The notes under the pieces: model-generated
The model's input: the letters and a program-made list of their open reading frames with translations, nothing else
Told to the model about the DNA's origin: nothing
Database searches by the model: none
In this document: positions 13,296 through 28,074 of the stretch, piece after piece
Layout of the letters: each line of letters begins with the position of its first letter
How positions within the stretch are numbered: the stretch's first letter is position 1
DNA from: the human T2T-CHM13v2.0 reference genome, Homo sapiens
Strand: one strand, 5' to 3'
Assembly (NCBI RefSeq): GCF_009914755.1
Contig: NC_060932.1
DNA: 64,000 nt
Translations under genes and position numbers: made by a program

Positions 13296-15901
13296 TAAAA
13301 GAGACTGTTTAATCAGGTGGCCATTGCATTTCCAGAGAACGGAGGCATGAACAACCCTCTGGAGTTTTATAAATCTGGCTTCCTCCTACTCTGTGCCCTC
13401 CCACCCTCCCCACTGTGGCTGTAGTTCTTGCTGGGCCAGAAATCATGGCTTGTTTACAACCTATTTGAATGCAGAGACTCATTAATGCAGGCAATGACAC
13501 CCATCCTTGGGGACTACTGCAGAGATTCAGCCAAATAAACTCAGCCATCCTGTTCACCCCACCTGGACAAAAGCCGTAATACCTACTTGGTCAACCAACC
13601 AGCCAGCCAGTCAATGCTCTGTCTAACACACTGCAAGTACAGGGCTCACAAATGCTCCAGGGCAGAATCAACCTTGAGGATGAGCTGACCTCATATCCTT
13701 TTAAGTCAATAGTGACATTCATAGACTATTCAGTGATGTTCTAACAAGAGGCATGTCTATACATTTTTTTTCCTAAAATATTACTCATTTTTTTCTTAAA
13801 TGGCACATCTGTAGACCCTCGGATCTGGAAATATAACTACATTCAACAATCATTTTTTAAAACTATTTATAATGTCCTGCATCCTTACTACAAGTTTCAT
13901 ATTAGACATGTTACACAAATGTTCTCACTTAATATATTCTTTGCAACATCTCTGTAAAACAGATATTCACTTAACAACATTACTTGAATGAATGAACACA
14001 TTAAAAAATTAATATGGTTAAATAATGAACACTTGTTGAATGCTTTCTACATGCTAGGCATTTTGTTAAGCAGTGGAGATATAGAAATGAGCAAAATAGG
14101 CAAGGCAGCCATTATCACTGAGCTTATGGTCTAAGTATTATAATCTCCATTTGTAAATAAACAAGTTGAGAACACAGAAGATGAATTAACTTGCCCAAGG
14201 TATTCAGTAAGACAATGTTAGGTCAAGGGATCAAAAGTTAGCCTGGCTCTGGCCACAATGAAATGACTGATACAAATTTCTCTTCCTGACCCAAACAGTG
14301 ATGAACCTATACAAATTGTGTAAAGCAAATGTTTTCAGGCATTGGATGTCAAGCAGCACAGGACTATCAACCTGAAGGAAAGAGAATCACACAAGATGAG
14401 CCTCATATTTATCCTGGCTTTCCGCTTCGGAGCACTCTCTCAACTTCAACACAGAGAAGTGAAACCCAAGTGAAAGAGTATTGCTAAACCAAGGAGGCAG
14501 ACCTCATGTTTGTTCAAGAGTACCCAAGAGATAGGATCTGTAAGAGGCACACAGGTGAGACATATGTTTGGGGTTTCCCGTTGCATGCGCGCCAGGGCAA
14601 GACTACACAAAGCCTAACAGAGAGCAGCTGCTGAGAGCTGAAAACTGAAGGGAAGTTGCTGAGGTCATGGAGAGCTGTGACACATTGGAGGTTCAGCTCA
14701 GACAGAGTAGATACCTCACTGAGCACCTCAAGTATTCAGCTGAGACCTCAAGGACCAACTTCAGAAGGGCCAAACTATAGGAATAAGGACCCAGCCCTCG
14801 ATTGAGGATCAATCCTTAGGATAAGGGCAAAATGAAGACAAAACCAGGCTTCAACAAATTAGAAAACCAGTTTTACAAAGGAAAGATTTGAAAATTCTAA
14901 AGTTGAAAATTATAATAATTAAATGTGTGTAATGACTTAACAGCATGTTAGAGATAACAAAAGAAAGGATTAATAAGCTTGAGATAAAATCAATAGAAAT
15001 AATCTAACCTGAAGAATAAATGGGAGGAAAGCTTGAAAACAGGAAAAGCGACTCATTGGCACACGGGATAATATCAAATGCCTAGCTTATGCATAACTGA
15101 AGCCTCCAAAGGAGACAATATGCAGGAAAAATATTTCAAGACAATTTCCAGACCGTCCCAAATTTTATAAAAATATCAGCTTATAGATCTAAGAATCTCA
15201 GCAAACATAAAGCAAGGTAAATACAAAGAAACCCTGTAGTAGAAGATGATATAACAGTACTGATTTTAAAGACAACAAAGAGCTGACAAAAAATATTATA
15301 AGCATATTTTTAGTAATAAATTCAACAACTTAGATAAAATTGAGATACGGACAAATTCTTTGAAAGGCATAATGTAACAAAAGTCACACAAGTCCTTTAA
15401 AAATTGAAAATTTATTCTAAAATGTATATGGAAAAGCAAAGGACCTGAAAAACAAAATAGTCTTGGAAAAGGAAAATTTGGAAAACTCATACTGTCTTAT
15501 TTCTAGATTTACTGTAAAGCTACAGCAATAAATGCAGTGTAGTATTGGCATAAGGACAGACAATTAAATCAATAGAACAGAATGAGGGAATCTACAAATA
15601 AATCCAGACATTTGGATCAATTGATTTTTTTAAAAAATTATGCTAGCAATTTAACAGGGTAAGAAAATTCCTTTCAAGAAATAGAGGGAAAAGAGACATT
15701 CTAACACTTTCCTAATCAAACATGAAAATCAATTTAAGATGGATCATGGACATATATGCAAAAACCAGTCCTATTAATCTTCTTTAAGAGAAGGAAGAAT
15801 ATTTTCAAGCTCTAGATAGAAAGATTTCTTAGAAACTCTACAAAAATAACCCAAAAGAAAAAAACTGATAAGTTGAACTTCATTAAAATTGAAGACTCTT
15901 A

Positions 15902-15902
<1 letters not shown>

Positions 15903-15954
<52 letters not shown>
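15903..15954. repeat. (CA)n microsatellite
   Basis: About 26 AC units with one interruption. Confidence 0.97.
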
Positions 15955-16013
15955 TTCTGTTGATAAAATGAAAGGGCAAATCATAGACTTGGAGGAATTA
16001 TTCACAGGACCTA

Positions 16014-16391
<378 letters not shown>

Positions 16392-17477
16392 TCATAAAAA
16401 TAGGCCAATGACTTGAGTAGACACTTCATAAAAGATATATGAATGGGCAATGAGGTTGCAGAAAAAGCTCACTATTTTTAGTCATTAGGAAAATGTAAAT
16501 TAAAGTCACAATAAAATACTACCACATACCTACTAGAATGGCTAAAATTAAAAACAAAAGAAGAAAGAAAATGTGGGCTAGAATGAGAAACAATGGAAAC
16601 CCTCACACATGCAGTGGAGATGTAATGACAGACTTTGGAAAACTCTGGAATTTCTCACAAAGTTAAATGTACATCAGTCCTACAACTTAGCAATTCCACT
16701 CCTAAGTATTTACCCAAGATAAATGAAAAGACATTTCTATGAAAAGTCTTGTCTTAGAATGTTTATAAAGCTAAATTTAATATCTCTAACCTAGAAACAG
16801 CCCAAATGTCTACCAATAGGAGAATGTATACGCATGTAATATGTTAATTCAATGAACTGCTAATTAGCAATAAATGCTATGAAGTACTGATATCCGCAGC
16901 AACATGAATGAATCTTAAGAACATTGTACTGAGTGAAGTAGCTAGACAGAGCACATACTCCATGGTTCATTTATATGAAGTTCAAGGACAGGCAAAACTA
17001 ATCTATGGTGATTGAAATTAGAACACTGGTTGCCTTTAGGGCAGTGAGGATTAAATGAGAAGAACCGTGAGACAACTTTCTAGGATGATTAAAACATCCT
17101 TTATTTTTACTGGTATTTTTTAGAGGGGGGTATGTATTTGACACAACTCATTAAAAAATACCTTTTAAAATCTGTTTTCTTATGTATAAATTTGTCTCAG
17201 TTAAGATAACCCAGTCTGTTTGACTCCAAGGACCACATTTGTTCTACCACGCTATGCTGAATATGAGGCAAAAGTTAACACCTGGAAATTTTGCTATCCT
17301 GAAATGAGGCAGTGCATTGTGGAGAAAAAAAGAATGGACTCTTCTATTAAATGAACGTAAGTGAGCAAGCTGTTTATAAACTATAAAAGTGACAAATATG
17401 TATAATTATATTTAAATGTTATCATTACAAATTGTTAAGGCAGTATTGCACCCTACGGGCTTTGGAAACCGTGACCA

Positions 17478-17910
17478 TTTGCATTCATTATCGATCATTG
17501 CATAAAAATAATCACAAAACTAAGTGGCTTGAAACACCAGATTTTATTCTTTCATTATCTGTGGTCAGGAGTTTGGGAGTGCAAACAGTCGAGCTGTCTG
17601 CCAGGGCTGCAGTCATCTGAAGGCTGGAAGGTCTTCTTCCAAGTTTGCCCCATGGTTGTTGACCTGTCTCCGTCCTTCACTGGATGTCTACAGGAGGCCT
17701 TAGCCCTCTCCACAGACTGCCATGAGTCCATGCGACATGGCAGCTGGCTTCCCCCAAAGCAAGTAGCCCAAGAGAAAGCACAAAACCAAAATGGAAGCTG
17801 CAGTGTCTTTTATACTTTTATACTCTAATCTTGGCAGTGACATGCCATCACTTCTGCAGTATTGTGCTGGCCACAGAGCCCTCCCCTGGTGCAAGTGGCA
17901 GGAGGGTGTT
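17478..17910 (-). mobile_element. MLT1-family MaLR solo LTR
   Basis: AAAACTAAGTGGCTTGAAAC...TCTGTGGTCAGGAGTTTGGG...CATGGCAGCTGGCTTCCCCCA...GGAAGCTGCAGTGTCTTTTAT. Confidence 0.8.
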
Positions 17911-18309
17911 CCAGCATCACTATTTCAAGAGAAGCAGGGACCAGACTATCCTGCCCAGATAGTCTGCCTAAGCACTCTTACAGTCTGCCTGTAAATCTGA
18001 CTTTTGAAAATGGCACCTTCTAATTTAGGCACCTGAATCTAATAAGTTCAATAATCAACCTACATTTCGTAACTTCTCCCATCACTCTTATATGTTCCTC
18101 GTGTGTTTAGTATCTTTTTCCCTTTCCTTTCCCATTAGACTGTGAGCTCTGTTAAAGAAACTCTGTGCTTTAATCTTCTTTAAAATTTTCACGGGCACTG
18201 TTTGAAGTTCACATTGATTTTCACGTAGCCAGGGCTCAAGCTGTGCTTGCTGGTTACAAACATTTTACAAAGCAGAACACCCAGAAAGTAAAGGTAACTG
18301 TCATAACGT

Positions 18310-18790
18310 ATATCAATCAGTTATTTCCCCAATAATAGTGTATAAGAAACCACCTCCAAACTTAAATCCATATAACAACCACTTATTCTCTTGCTCATGG
18401 GTCTGCAGGTCAATTGAGAATGGGTTGATCTTGGCTGGACAGCTCCACTTCAGGGTCAGGGTCAGCTGGGCTGGGTTTCTTGCGGCAAGTTAGACTCAGG
18501 TCTATGCCACCTGGGTTCATTCTGGAACTCAAGCTGAGGGGCAGTGTCCATTCTGAGGAAGCTCCTCTCAGGTAATAGCAAAAGCACAAGAGGGACAATA
18601 TAACCAGGCAATGCATGTCAAGTTTTCTTGCTTTGTGAATACTACCATCCCATTAGCCAAAGCAGGTAACATGGGTGAGCCTAAAGTCAGGAGCAGGGAA
18701 ATACACCGTTTCTAGCGGGGGGAACTTTAAAGTCACATAAGAAAGGACATGAGCAAAGGAATAAAAATTGTGGCCAACAAATCTACTATG
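18310..18790 (-). mobile_element. MLT1-family MaLR solo LTR
   Basis: AAACCACCTCCAAACTTA...TTATTCTCTTGCTCATGGGTCTGCAGGTCA...CATCCCATTAGCCAAAGCAGGTAACATGG. Confidence 0.75.
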
Positions 18791-18934
18791 TACTGGCACA
18801 AAGTTACTAGAGCCATCTAAGAACTAAGTGTTGCTGAGAATATTTGACTTTCTGGAAATAGTTGAGTATTCTTTTCCTTTTAGAACTGAGAAACACTTGA
18901 GAAGTAAGTTAAACCTGAAAATCAACATGAGAGT

Positions 18935-19125
18935 GCTATGATACGTAGCATAGATTTTAGCAATCCTACTGTCCCCCACTTACTGGTTGGGGACCCTGTC
19001 ACAGTTCTTTTAACTTCTGAGTGTTTTTTTGTCCAAAGTAAAGGCAAGATAAAATCTATGCAGGTTGTGAAAATTAACATAAATTAACATATTACATATT
19101 GGTACTAGATGTTCTCAATGTCTGT
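18935..19125 (+). mobile_element. MIR SINE
   Basis: AATCCT...CCACTTACTGG...TTAACTTCTGAG core; degraded. Confidence 0.55.
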
Positions 19126-19528
19126 TTCCCCATCTATCTTGCTGGAGAGGCAGGGAGGGTGGAGGGAGCTTTAATTTTCCAGCAAACTTGGGAGCCTTGG
19201 ACTCAGTCAGGGAAGGACTCAGCTTTCTTGAAATGAAAAAAAGGTAATGACAGAGACTCTATACCACATTCACCCTCATGTTGCTTAAAGACAAAAGCAT
19301 AATCAACCGTCATTTATCTAGTGCACTGAAATACTACGTTATTGCCATAGAGACATAATTATGAGTAATTAAATGGAAGTGTTTTCTAAAATCTTTTTGA
19401 ATTAAAGTCTAAATATCTACCTTTTCACTCAATTCATATAAGCATAAGTTAAACACTGCAGCACATATCTTGTTTTGCTCCAAATCAAATCAGTGAGTTA
19501 TTTGTGGCAATCTTATCAGAAGCAAGTG

Positions 19529-19676
19529 AATGAAATCCTCTCCAGCCTTATTGTGAAGGTACAGCTTCCACTCTTCCTTAGGAGTAGAATCTGGCTTACC
19601 AAATGAAATCCTCTCCAGCCTTATTGTGAAGGTACAGCTTCCACTCTTCCTTAGGAGTAGAATCTGGCTTACCAAA
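19529..19676. repeat. Perfect 73-bp tandem duplication
   Basis: 19529-19601 and 19602-19674 are identical base for base. Confidence 0.97.
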
Positions 19677-19849
19677 GCAAACTTCAGTATAACGTTGTTT
19701 TTTTTCTACATCTCTATAAAGGTCTGCGAGCAGGTCAGTAGCTTTTGAGAAAGCTCTTCCAACAACACTGGAATAAATTGGGGCTCTCTTTGCTAGAAAA
19801 TCCCATAGAGGAATCCTTCAAGATTTGAAAGAGACCTGTGAGCTCTCAT

Positions 19850-21005
<1,156 letters not shown>

Positions 21006-21274
21006 AGGAGGCTAAGTCATCAATATTTACATGAATATCCAAAATATCTTCAAACTCCCATCAGATGGCTCTCCCTGGGGCATTGCCTGTAGAACGAGGA
21101 GTCTGCTCTGAAGTCAGGCATTGTCTCTGGGAGGACAAAGCAAAGCTTGGAAATAAGAGAGCCTGGATTCTCCTGGTCTTTGATCTGTTTCCAATTTCCC
21201 ACATGACCCTCAGCAAATTTCAGAGTCCTTCTGAACCTTAGCTTCCTTGTAGTTAAAATGAGGGTTTGCAACCA

Positions 21275-21398
21275 ACTCAGGGATACTTAACCACAAGGGC
21301 CATGACCCCTATGGATGTCCATCTTATCTTATCGTGGGGTAGTTAGCTTTCAAATTTTAAAATGTTTTTTACTCCAAAAAAGGTTAAGAAACATTGGT
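21275..21398. mobile_element. hAT-Charlie MITE remnant
   Basis: CAGGGATACTTAACC ... AAAAAAGGTTAAGAAACATTG imperfect terminal inverted repeats. Confidence 0.5.
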
Positions 21399-21529
21399 TT
21401 AGGTTAACTTTAAAGTCTCATATGCCTCTGATAATCTGTGTTTGTATAAAAGGAAGGCCCATGTACTGGTCAAGGTTAGATATGCTTGCATGTAACAGAG
21501 ACCCCAAATGACAGTATCTTAAACAAGTT

Positions 21530-21680
21530 GTCTGTGCTGTTTGCATGTCCATCTCCTTTCCAGATGGTGAGCCTCAGAGGGCACAGGTTGTGTCTGTTTA
21601 TCTCCATAGACTCAGACTCCAGCAGGGCCTGGCACAATAGCAGTTTCAATAATTGCTTGGCAAATGAGTGAATGAGCAGG
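21530..21680 (+). mobile_element. L2 3' end
   Basis: GTGAGCCTCAGAGGGCACAG...CCTGGCACAATAG...CAATAATTGCTTGGCAAATGAGTGAATGA. Confidence 0.65.
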
Positions 21681-21954
21681 TGTTAGTCGGAGGAAGGGGA
21701 GCAGCTCTTCTAAGCAGAGGAAACAACATCAGGAAACAACATCAGGAAAGATATGGGAGGTGGGGTAAATTCATCTCTGTTGGAGGCCAGTGTGCTTACT
21801 GGGGCAGAGGAAATGAAGGCGGCTGGTCAAGAAGACCAGCACTCAAATGTACTTCCTCAAATGCCCTTCTAAGCCCCCCATCAGGTATAATGCTAATAGC
21901 TGACGCCTTTCTTATATGGTGCCTATTACCATTTCTAACCATACAATTGAGAAT

Positions 21955-22196
21955 TAGTGCATGGAGATTAAGAGTGCAGGCCCACTTCCTGGGCACAGAT
22001 CTTGGCTCTGACACTTCCTAGCTGTGTGACCTCTGGCAAATCACTTAAACTCTCTATAAGGTAGTTTTCTCATCTGGAACATGAAAATAAAAGTGTCTAT
22101 TTCATAGACTTGTTGGAAGGCCAAAATGAAAAAAATCACTTAAAGTGATTAGAATAGTGTCTTGATCATTAGTGCTTAGTAAATGTTAGCTATTGT
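21955..22196 (+). mobile_element. MIR SINE, near full length
   Basis: GGCTCTGACACTTCCTAGCTGTGTGACCTCTGGCAAATCACTTAAACTCTCT...TAAATGTTAGCTATT. Confidence 0.85.
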
Positions 22197-22268
22197 TAGG
22201 TAGATTGTTAGATAGATAATATACAGATAGATTATATTTAGATGGAGACAGATGATAGGTAGATGAAT
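22197..22268. repeat. Degenerate (TAGA)n
   Basis: Repeated TAGA/GATA units. Confidence 0.6.
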
Positions 22269-23949
22269 AATCTGTGAGAGTAGTTGATTAAGGTATATCT
22301 ACCATACTACAATATAAGAAAGGGCAAGAACACATGTTACTATTACGGAGGCAGCCTAGAAAAGTGTCTGGAATGGAGAAGGTGCTTAATAAATGTAGAC
22401 TGAAAGCTACATTTACCGAATGCGAAGATGTGACTGGAAAGGTAGGAGAATGACATGGGATCTTATAAGCTGTCCTAAGAAGCCTGAACTTTTCCCTGAG
22501 AGCTGGTCCAGGTTCCTGAAGGAACATGAAATGATCTAATTTGCAGTAGCACAGAGACTGGACTGGAGGGTCACAGGTGGGGAGGCCTGGAGACCAGCCA
22601 CTCCAGCTGAGAGAACAATCCAGGCCCTAGTCGATGAGAGTCTGGATTGAGGAAGAGGCAGCACAGAAGGAAAGAAAAGAGTTTTACGTTCTCTGACTTT
22701 ATGCAAGTTGTCTCACTCAATCTTAGTTTCCTTATTGGGAGAGCAGAGCTGAGAACACTATACTCACAGGGTTTTTGTGGGAAATATATAAAATATAGGA
22801 AGAGTGATTCACATATACTTGGTGCAGTAGACAATCAGCATGTTACTCCACTTCCCTCACCGTTTTCCATCACTAAACACATTCCTCCCCCAAAACACAC
22901 ACGGTTAACTTTCTTTTCATTGGTCAATAATCAGGGAAATAGAACCTAATCTTCTAATCAGATACTCTTAAGAATGAAACAAACCTTTAAGATCAATTAG
23001 TCCTACTCAGAGATGTTTAGAAATGGAAGAGATCCCAGATCATAATTTCTCCATACACAGATAGACACAAAGGATCAGAAAGCAAAGGTGATTTTCCCAA
23101 CATTGCACAGCTTATAGGCATTAGAGCTGGTCAGATTTATACCCAACTGTTGATTCCACAACCACCATTTCCTTCACCTTATCTGAAAGGTTGACCAATG
23201 TGTGGTGTGATGTGAGTGTTAACATGCAGGAGTATTTATTAACTATGTTCACAAACACCAATGTCAGTTAGCTTAAGGTAAAAAAGAAACCCTGGAACAA
23301 TAATATCTATGATGTATAACATAAAAATGGTGTTCCAGGGACCGAGACACTTTCTTTGTTTACATTCCTTCGTTTCATCTTCATTACTATTCCTATTTTA
23401 CAGATTTAAAAAAGCAAGTCTCAGAGAAGTAAATAATTGCTCCTAAGTGATATAATTAGGGCTCAAACATGTTAATACATTAAACAAGCTGCATTAAGTA
23501 GCTTGTATTGGAGCACTTATTGTTTGCTAAATACTCTGCTAGATACTAGATCAGTCCAACTGCAAACTGAGCTCTGTCTTTATTCCAAATCAGTGCTCAC
23601 TCATGCAAAGCCCCAGTTGAAAACACATGTATTGCACTCGTGGGCTAATTTTTCTCTAGGATTCTGATTTTTCGGTATTAATTATTATTTCCAACTATAT
23701 TTTCATTGTTTTCAACTATATTTTAAATATCTTTATTTCCTTCCTCTAACATGTCAAATTCAGTCTGTTTAACCCAGTGGATGTTTAATTGAGTCATAAC
23801 TATGTAAACACAATATAATAGAATGGATTATATGTAAATGTCAAATAAAACAGAATCCTTTCCCAGAAGGAGCTGACAGTTTCACAGTTTTATACTAGGT
23901 GGTATAAGGATTCAGTAGATGTACTAGACTGTGGGGTGGAGGGAGGAGA

Positions 23950-24185
23950 ACAAGACATTTAATGAAGGCCTATCTTGTACCAGATACTGTTGATTGGTGC
24001 TTCCCATATATTATCATGTAAACCCTCATAAGAGTCACTTCTGGTGGAAAACAGAAGAACATTGAGGACTCAGAGAGGCTGACTAACCTACCCAAGCTCA
24101 CACTGCATGTGCTAGTGAGTGACAGAGGAGGGGTTCTGCCCCCAGCCTGACCCCCAAACCTACACCCTATTCATTAGGTCACACT
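23950..24185 (-). mobile_element. MIR SINE
   Basis: ACTCAGAGAGGCTGACTAACCTACCCAAGCTCACAC...CTAGTGAGTGACAGAG. Confidence 0.7.
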
Positions 24186-24939
24186 ATCCCTAGGAAGCAA
24201 CCAAATAGTGGAAGAGGAGGAAGCCATAATTCTGAGTGGGAAGCTGTATCTCCTTTAACTGTTTTTTCACTCCCATGTTTAAAATCTAAGCATACAATGT
24301 TAAAATGGTAAGGGGATTTAGAGATTATCTGGTTCTAAGAAGGCAAGTAGGTATGTGTGCATGGCCAGTGGGAAAGGTAATTCCAACCTAACAGCTAACT
24401 AATCTTACCTTCCAATTTATCAGATGAGAAGTCCAGAGCCCAGAGAGGTAATGTCTTTGTGTATGTTGAAGACCATGAATTAATCCCAGGCACATTGATT
24501 TCTGTCCCATCCCTGCAGCTGTTGATGCAGTGTGAGTTGCTGGCATAAGGATGGCTTTGTTTAAGCTCAGGTGGCTGGAAAGGGGAAGGATAGGAATGGC
24601 TGAAGTATAAAAAAAGCCTTGGAGAAAATAGTTGAGATGGATCTGCACTTCCAGAACCAGAGGAAGAACTCAGAATGGAGACATATCCAGAGGTTAGAAG
24701 AGAATGGTCAAAAAACAGATAAGAAGACCCAGGTACTGGCAAAAAAGAGGGCAGTCCTAAGACCTTGGAAACAGCCAAGAGTAGTGAGACAAAACCATGA
24801 GAAGAAGTGGGGCTTGAAATCAATAATGAGGCCATGTCACAGGAGGCAGATCAGTCCCAGAGCTAAGAGGAAAACAAATATTAACTGGACACCATGCTGG
24901 TTATTTTTGGATGCGCTAATTTATTTAATTTCCACAAAT

Positions 24940-25070
24940 GCATTGTGGGCTAGGTATTCTAATCACTGATATGTATATGGAGAAACTGAGGCTTAGAAAG
25001 GTAAATAACTTGTCACACAAGTGAAACTGAAATCCTGATCTTTTATTTCTAGCAAACTGATCTTTTCACT
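24940..25070 (-). mobile_element. MIR SINE fragment
   Basis: GAGAAACTGAGGCTTAGAAAGGTAAATAACTTG. Confidence 0.65.
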
Positions 25071-25074
25071 GGCC

Positions 25075-25280
25075 TAAGGATTCTCAATTCTGGGTGAAGT
25101 TTTCCCTCCCAGGTGTGTTTAGCAATCTTTGGGGATATTTTGCAACTGATGTTTCTACTGGCATATTGTGGGTAGAAGCCAGGGATGCTGCTCAACATCC
25201 TACAAAGCACAGGGCAACCCCTACTAACAGAGAATCAGCCAGCCCCAAATGACAACCACGTTGTGGTTGAGAAGCCTCGG
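25075..25280. mobile_element. MER20 hAT DNA transposon
   Basis: CTACTGGCAT...GGGTAGAAGCCAGGGATGCTGCTCAACATCCTACAAAGCACAGG...CCCCAAATG...GGTTGAGAAGCC. Confidence 0.85.
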
Positions 25281-25339
25281 TCTACACTGCTGGTGTCAAA
25301 AACAATATATTTTGAAGCAAGTGTTTTGTATTTGAAAGT

Positions 25340-25760
25340 ATGCATTCACTCACTAGTCACACATGTATTGAGTGCTACTACTTCTAGGCACTGTTTTAGA
25401 CTCTGGTAATACAGAATTGAACCATTAAAATTTTGTCACCTTGGAATTGATATTCTAATTAATATACCATCAATAAATACATCAGCCAATAATAACACCA
25501 GCAGGTAGGTAGGCAGTATACAAACCATAGAACTGAAGGAGCTTATCTAATGACAGTGGCAAAAACATTCTAATGGAGGAAGAGAAATAACAGAGTTCTG
25601 AGCCCTTAACATTCAGAGATTGGAAAGAGGAACAGCATCCAGCAATGGGGCTGGAGAGGAACAGCCATGGGATAAGAGGAGAACCAAGAGGTGAGTTTCC
25701 AAGAAACCCAATGAAATGAGTGTTTCAAAACAAAGAGAGCAATCCTCTGAGTCAGGAGAT
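25340..25760 (-). mobile_element. L2 fragment
   Basis: CATTCACTCAC...ATGTATTGAGTGCTACTACTTCTAGGCACTGTTTTAG tail; purine-rich body. Confidence 0.65.
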
Positions 25761-26419
25761 GTGGATGCAACTTCTGGCCTCACCACTCCCCTCCAGGGAA
25801 ATGGATCACTAGCTTCCAGGAACTCGGTTTATCTCCCAGTGGATTAATTTGTTCTTGTAAAAATAGGACTCCTGAAGTTTGCTGTGAGAATAAAATCAGT
25901 GAATGAATATGGAATATCTTTGTAAATTGCTTTATGAATAAAAGAGATCATCATTATGCCCTCCAGAAAGCCTGTGTGTCCAGATTTTGGTTTCATGGTT
26001 TGTTTATTTTACTGAAACCATAACGAAGTGAAGCTATTGATGGGAACAAAGGGAGACGTTTTCTGATATGGCGTAGCTTACAACGTGCATCAGAAACAAC
26101 CTGATAAAGGAGTGCAGGGACGATTTTTTTTCCAAATTTGTTAAGAATGCTTTGGCTAAATATTTTTGCGTAATTTATTTTTAATAAGTTTACTTAATAA
26201 GCCATTTGCTTGGCATTAGAGTAGAGCCAGTGCAATCTATAATCACACTCCATCATCATATAGGGAGAGTATTTGAAGGCATTTCCCCAAAGAATATTTT
26301 GGGCTTTGGAAAAGGGAAAATAAAGAAGTAAGTGCTGGTTGAGCAGCCAAAAATACTTACTAAGGTAATCACTTGTCCTTTAAATCTGGAGCAACCTTAA
26401 ATAGAGATCCTCAGTTTTT

Positions 26420-26655
26420 AAAAATAACAGGTGTTTACATTGCATTTACCATGCACCAGACACTGTTGTAAGCACTTTACACAAAAAATGCATTTAATCT
26501 TCACAACAACCCTATGAGGTAGATACCACTGTGATCATTTTACAGATTAGAAAACTGAAATTGAGAAACTAACAGAGGTCACTTCGCTACTAAAGGCCAG
26601 AGCTGGGCACGCACCCAGAGCATCCAGAGTCTGTGCTTGTAACCACACTTTCACA
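26420..26655 (-). mobile_element. MIR SINE
   Basis: CATTTAATCTTCACAACAACCCTATGAGGTAG...ATTTTACAGATTAGAAAACTGA. Confidence 0.85.
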
Positions 26656-27582
26656 TCCCTTCGACTGTAGAGATAAGCTAACAAACACGAAGAGGCATAG
26701 GGACTTAGCCAGGCTTGCTCGCTAGTTAGTGATGGAGCAAGGGCAAGTTTGCAGTTTCTTTGTCTCATTAGTCAAGATGATCAAATAGCCACTTTTTTGG
26801 CAAATAAAGATTCTAGCATTTTTAAGGAGATGTATGAAGACAAGTGTAAATAGTGAGAAAGAGGAGGATGGCAACTGAACAGCCACTACTCATAACTACT
26901 GGAAGCTGCAAAACACTGTCCCAACAAGGCCTGACTGATGCTCTTCTGTTCGCACCATCCATAGGCCACCAGCTCTGGTGGGCAAAACAGCCTGGATGGC
27001 CTATCCCTTGGGGATATCGTCAGTATGGTTTTGATGTTTTCAAAGGCTAAGTACCCATGAGAAGCAAAAGTCTCTGCCTCTGGCAATTCTGCAGAATTAG
27101 AATTCCTCAAGTACAGCTTCTCTGGCCATCCTGGGGAAATCAGTGACCAAATCAGCCAGATAAGTGTGACTCCCTCTGGAATCCATACAGGCTACAAAAG
27201 AATTAACAAGGCCAAATTAAGGGTTGTCAGAACTTGGGAAAGTCAAGCTATTTTCCACCCAGGAGCAATCAGTTAAGACCATAGAAATCTGGACAAATAA
27301 CTAGAAAGCACATCTCAGGGAACACTTTCAGTCCAGTGAGCAATACAGAATGATTGTCCAGCTAAGCCTTGTCCATCCCGATTACCTCCAATCCTATTAT
27401 TGGCAGGTCTCTGTGGAACCATCTACTCAATATCATCTCACCACAAGGTGCTACCCTGGATCTGCCTGAGGAGTTAATCCTCTTTCCTTTCTCTGCTTCC
27501 TCACTTCTCCCACTCTGTCCAGGAGAACTTCAAAACAAATTCTTCAAAGAGCCACATACTTCATTTCTGATCAATTCTGGTT

Positions 27583-27732
27583 TATTATAAACAAAGAGGG
27601 ATATATATATATTATATATTATTATATTATATGTATTATATTATATATTATAAACAAAGAGGAAGATATATATTATTAGCACATATATATATATATTTAT
27701 TTATTTATCCTTAGCATATATGTATGCTAAGG
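27583..27732. repeat. AT-rich low-complexity tract with direct and inverted repeats
   Basis: (TA)n-rich; TATTATAAACAAAGAGG occurs twice; 24-bp quasi-palindrome at the right end. Confidence 0.85.
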
Positions 27733-28074
27733 CTGATGGGAAAATACAGGAAAGGGTAGAATTGTTTCTGTATCTTTGACATTGAAAACCTGTTTTTCCT
27801 GATTGATCTTGGAGCTTACGTTTTTCACTAATCAAGGAGAGAGGGCTTTTTAATACATTTGTTGTTTGTGTTTAACAATAGAACAAAGAACATCAGCAGA
27901 TTCCCCTGCTTAATAAAACAAAACAAAATTTTTCCCTATCATTGAACATTTATCAAAATATACAGATGGATGGATGGTGAGTGTAGGGATATACATAACG
28001 GAGCTTGAGGTTTACCAAGGCATTGAAGTCTGGTACTGAGTCAGAGAAAAAAAAACTATTAGAATATCACTAAA

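Noticed and set aside
19458-19468. GCAGCACATAT match to the U6 snRNA 5' region
   Set aside because: Only 11 bp; flanks do not continue the match.
24395-24969. Overlapping 146-aa and 116-aa ORFs
   Set aside because: Products reflect purine/pyrimidine strand bias; no domain or splice support.
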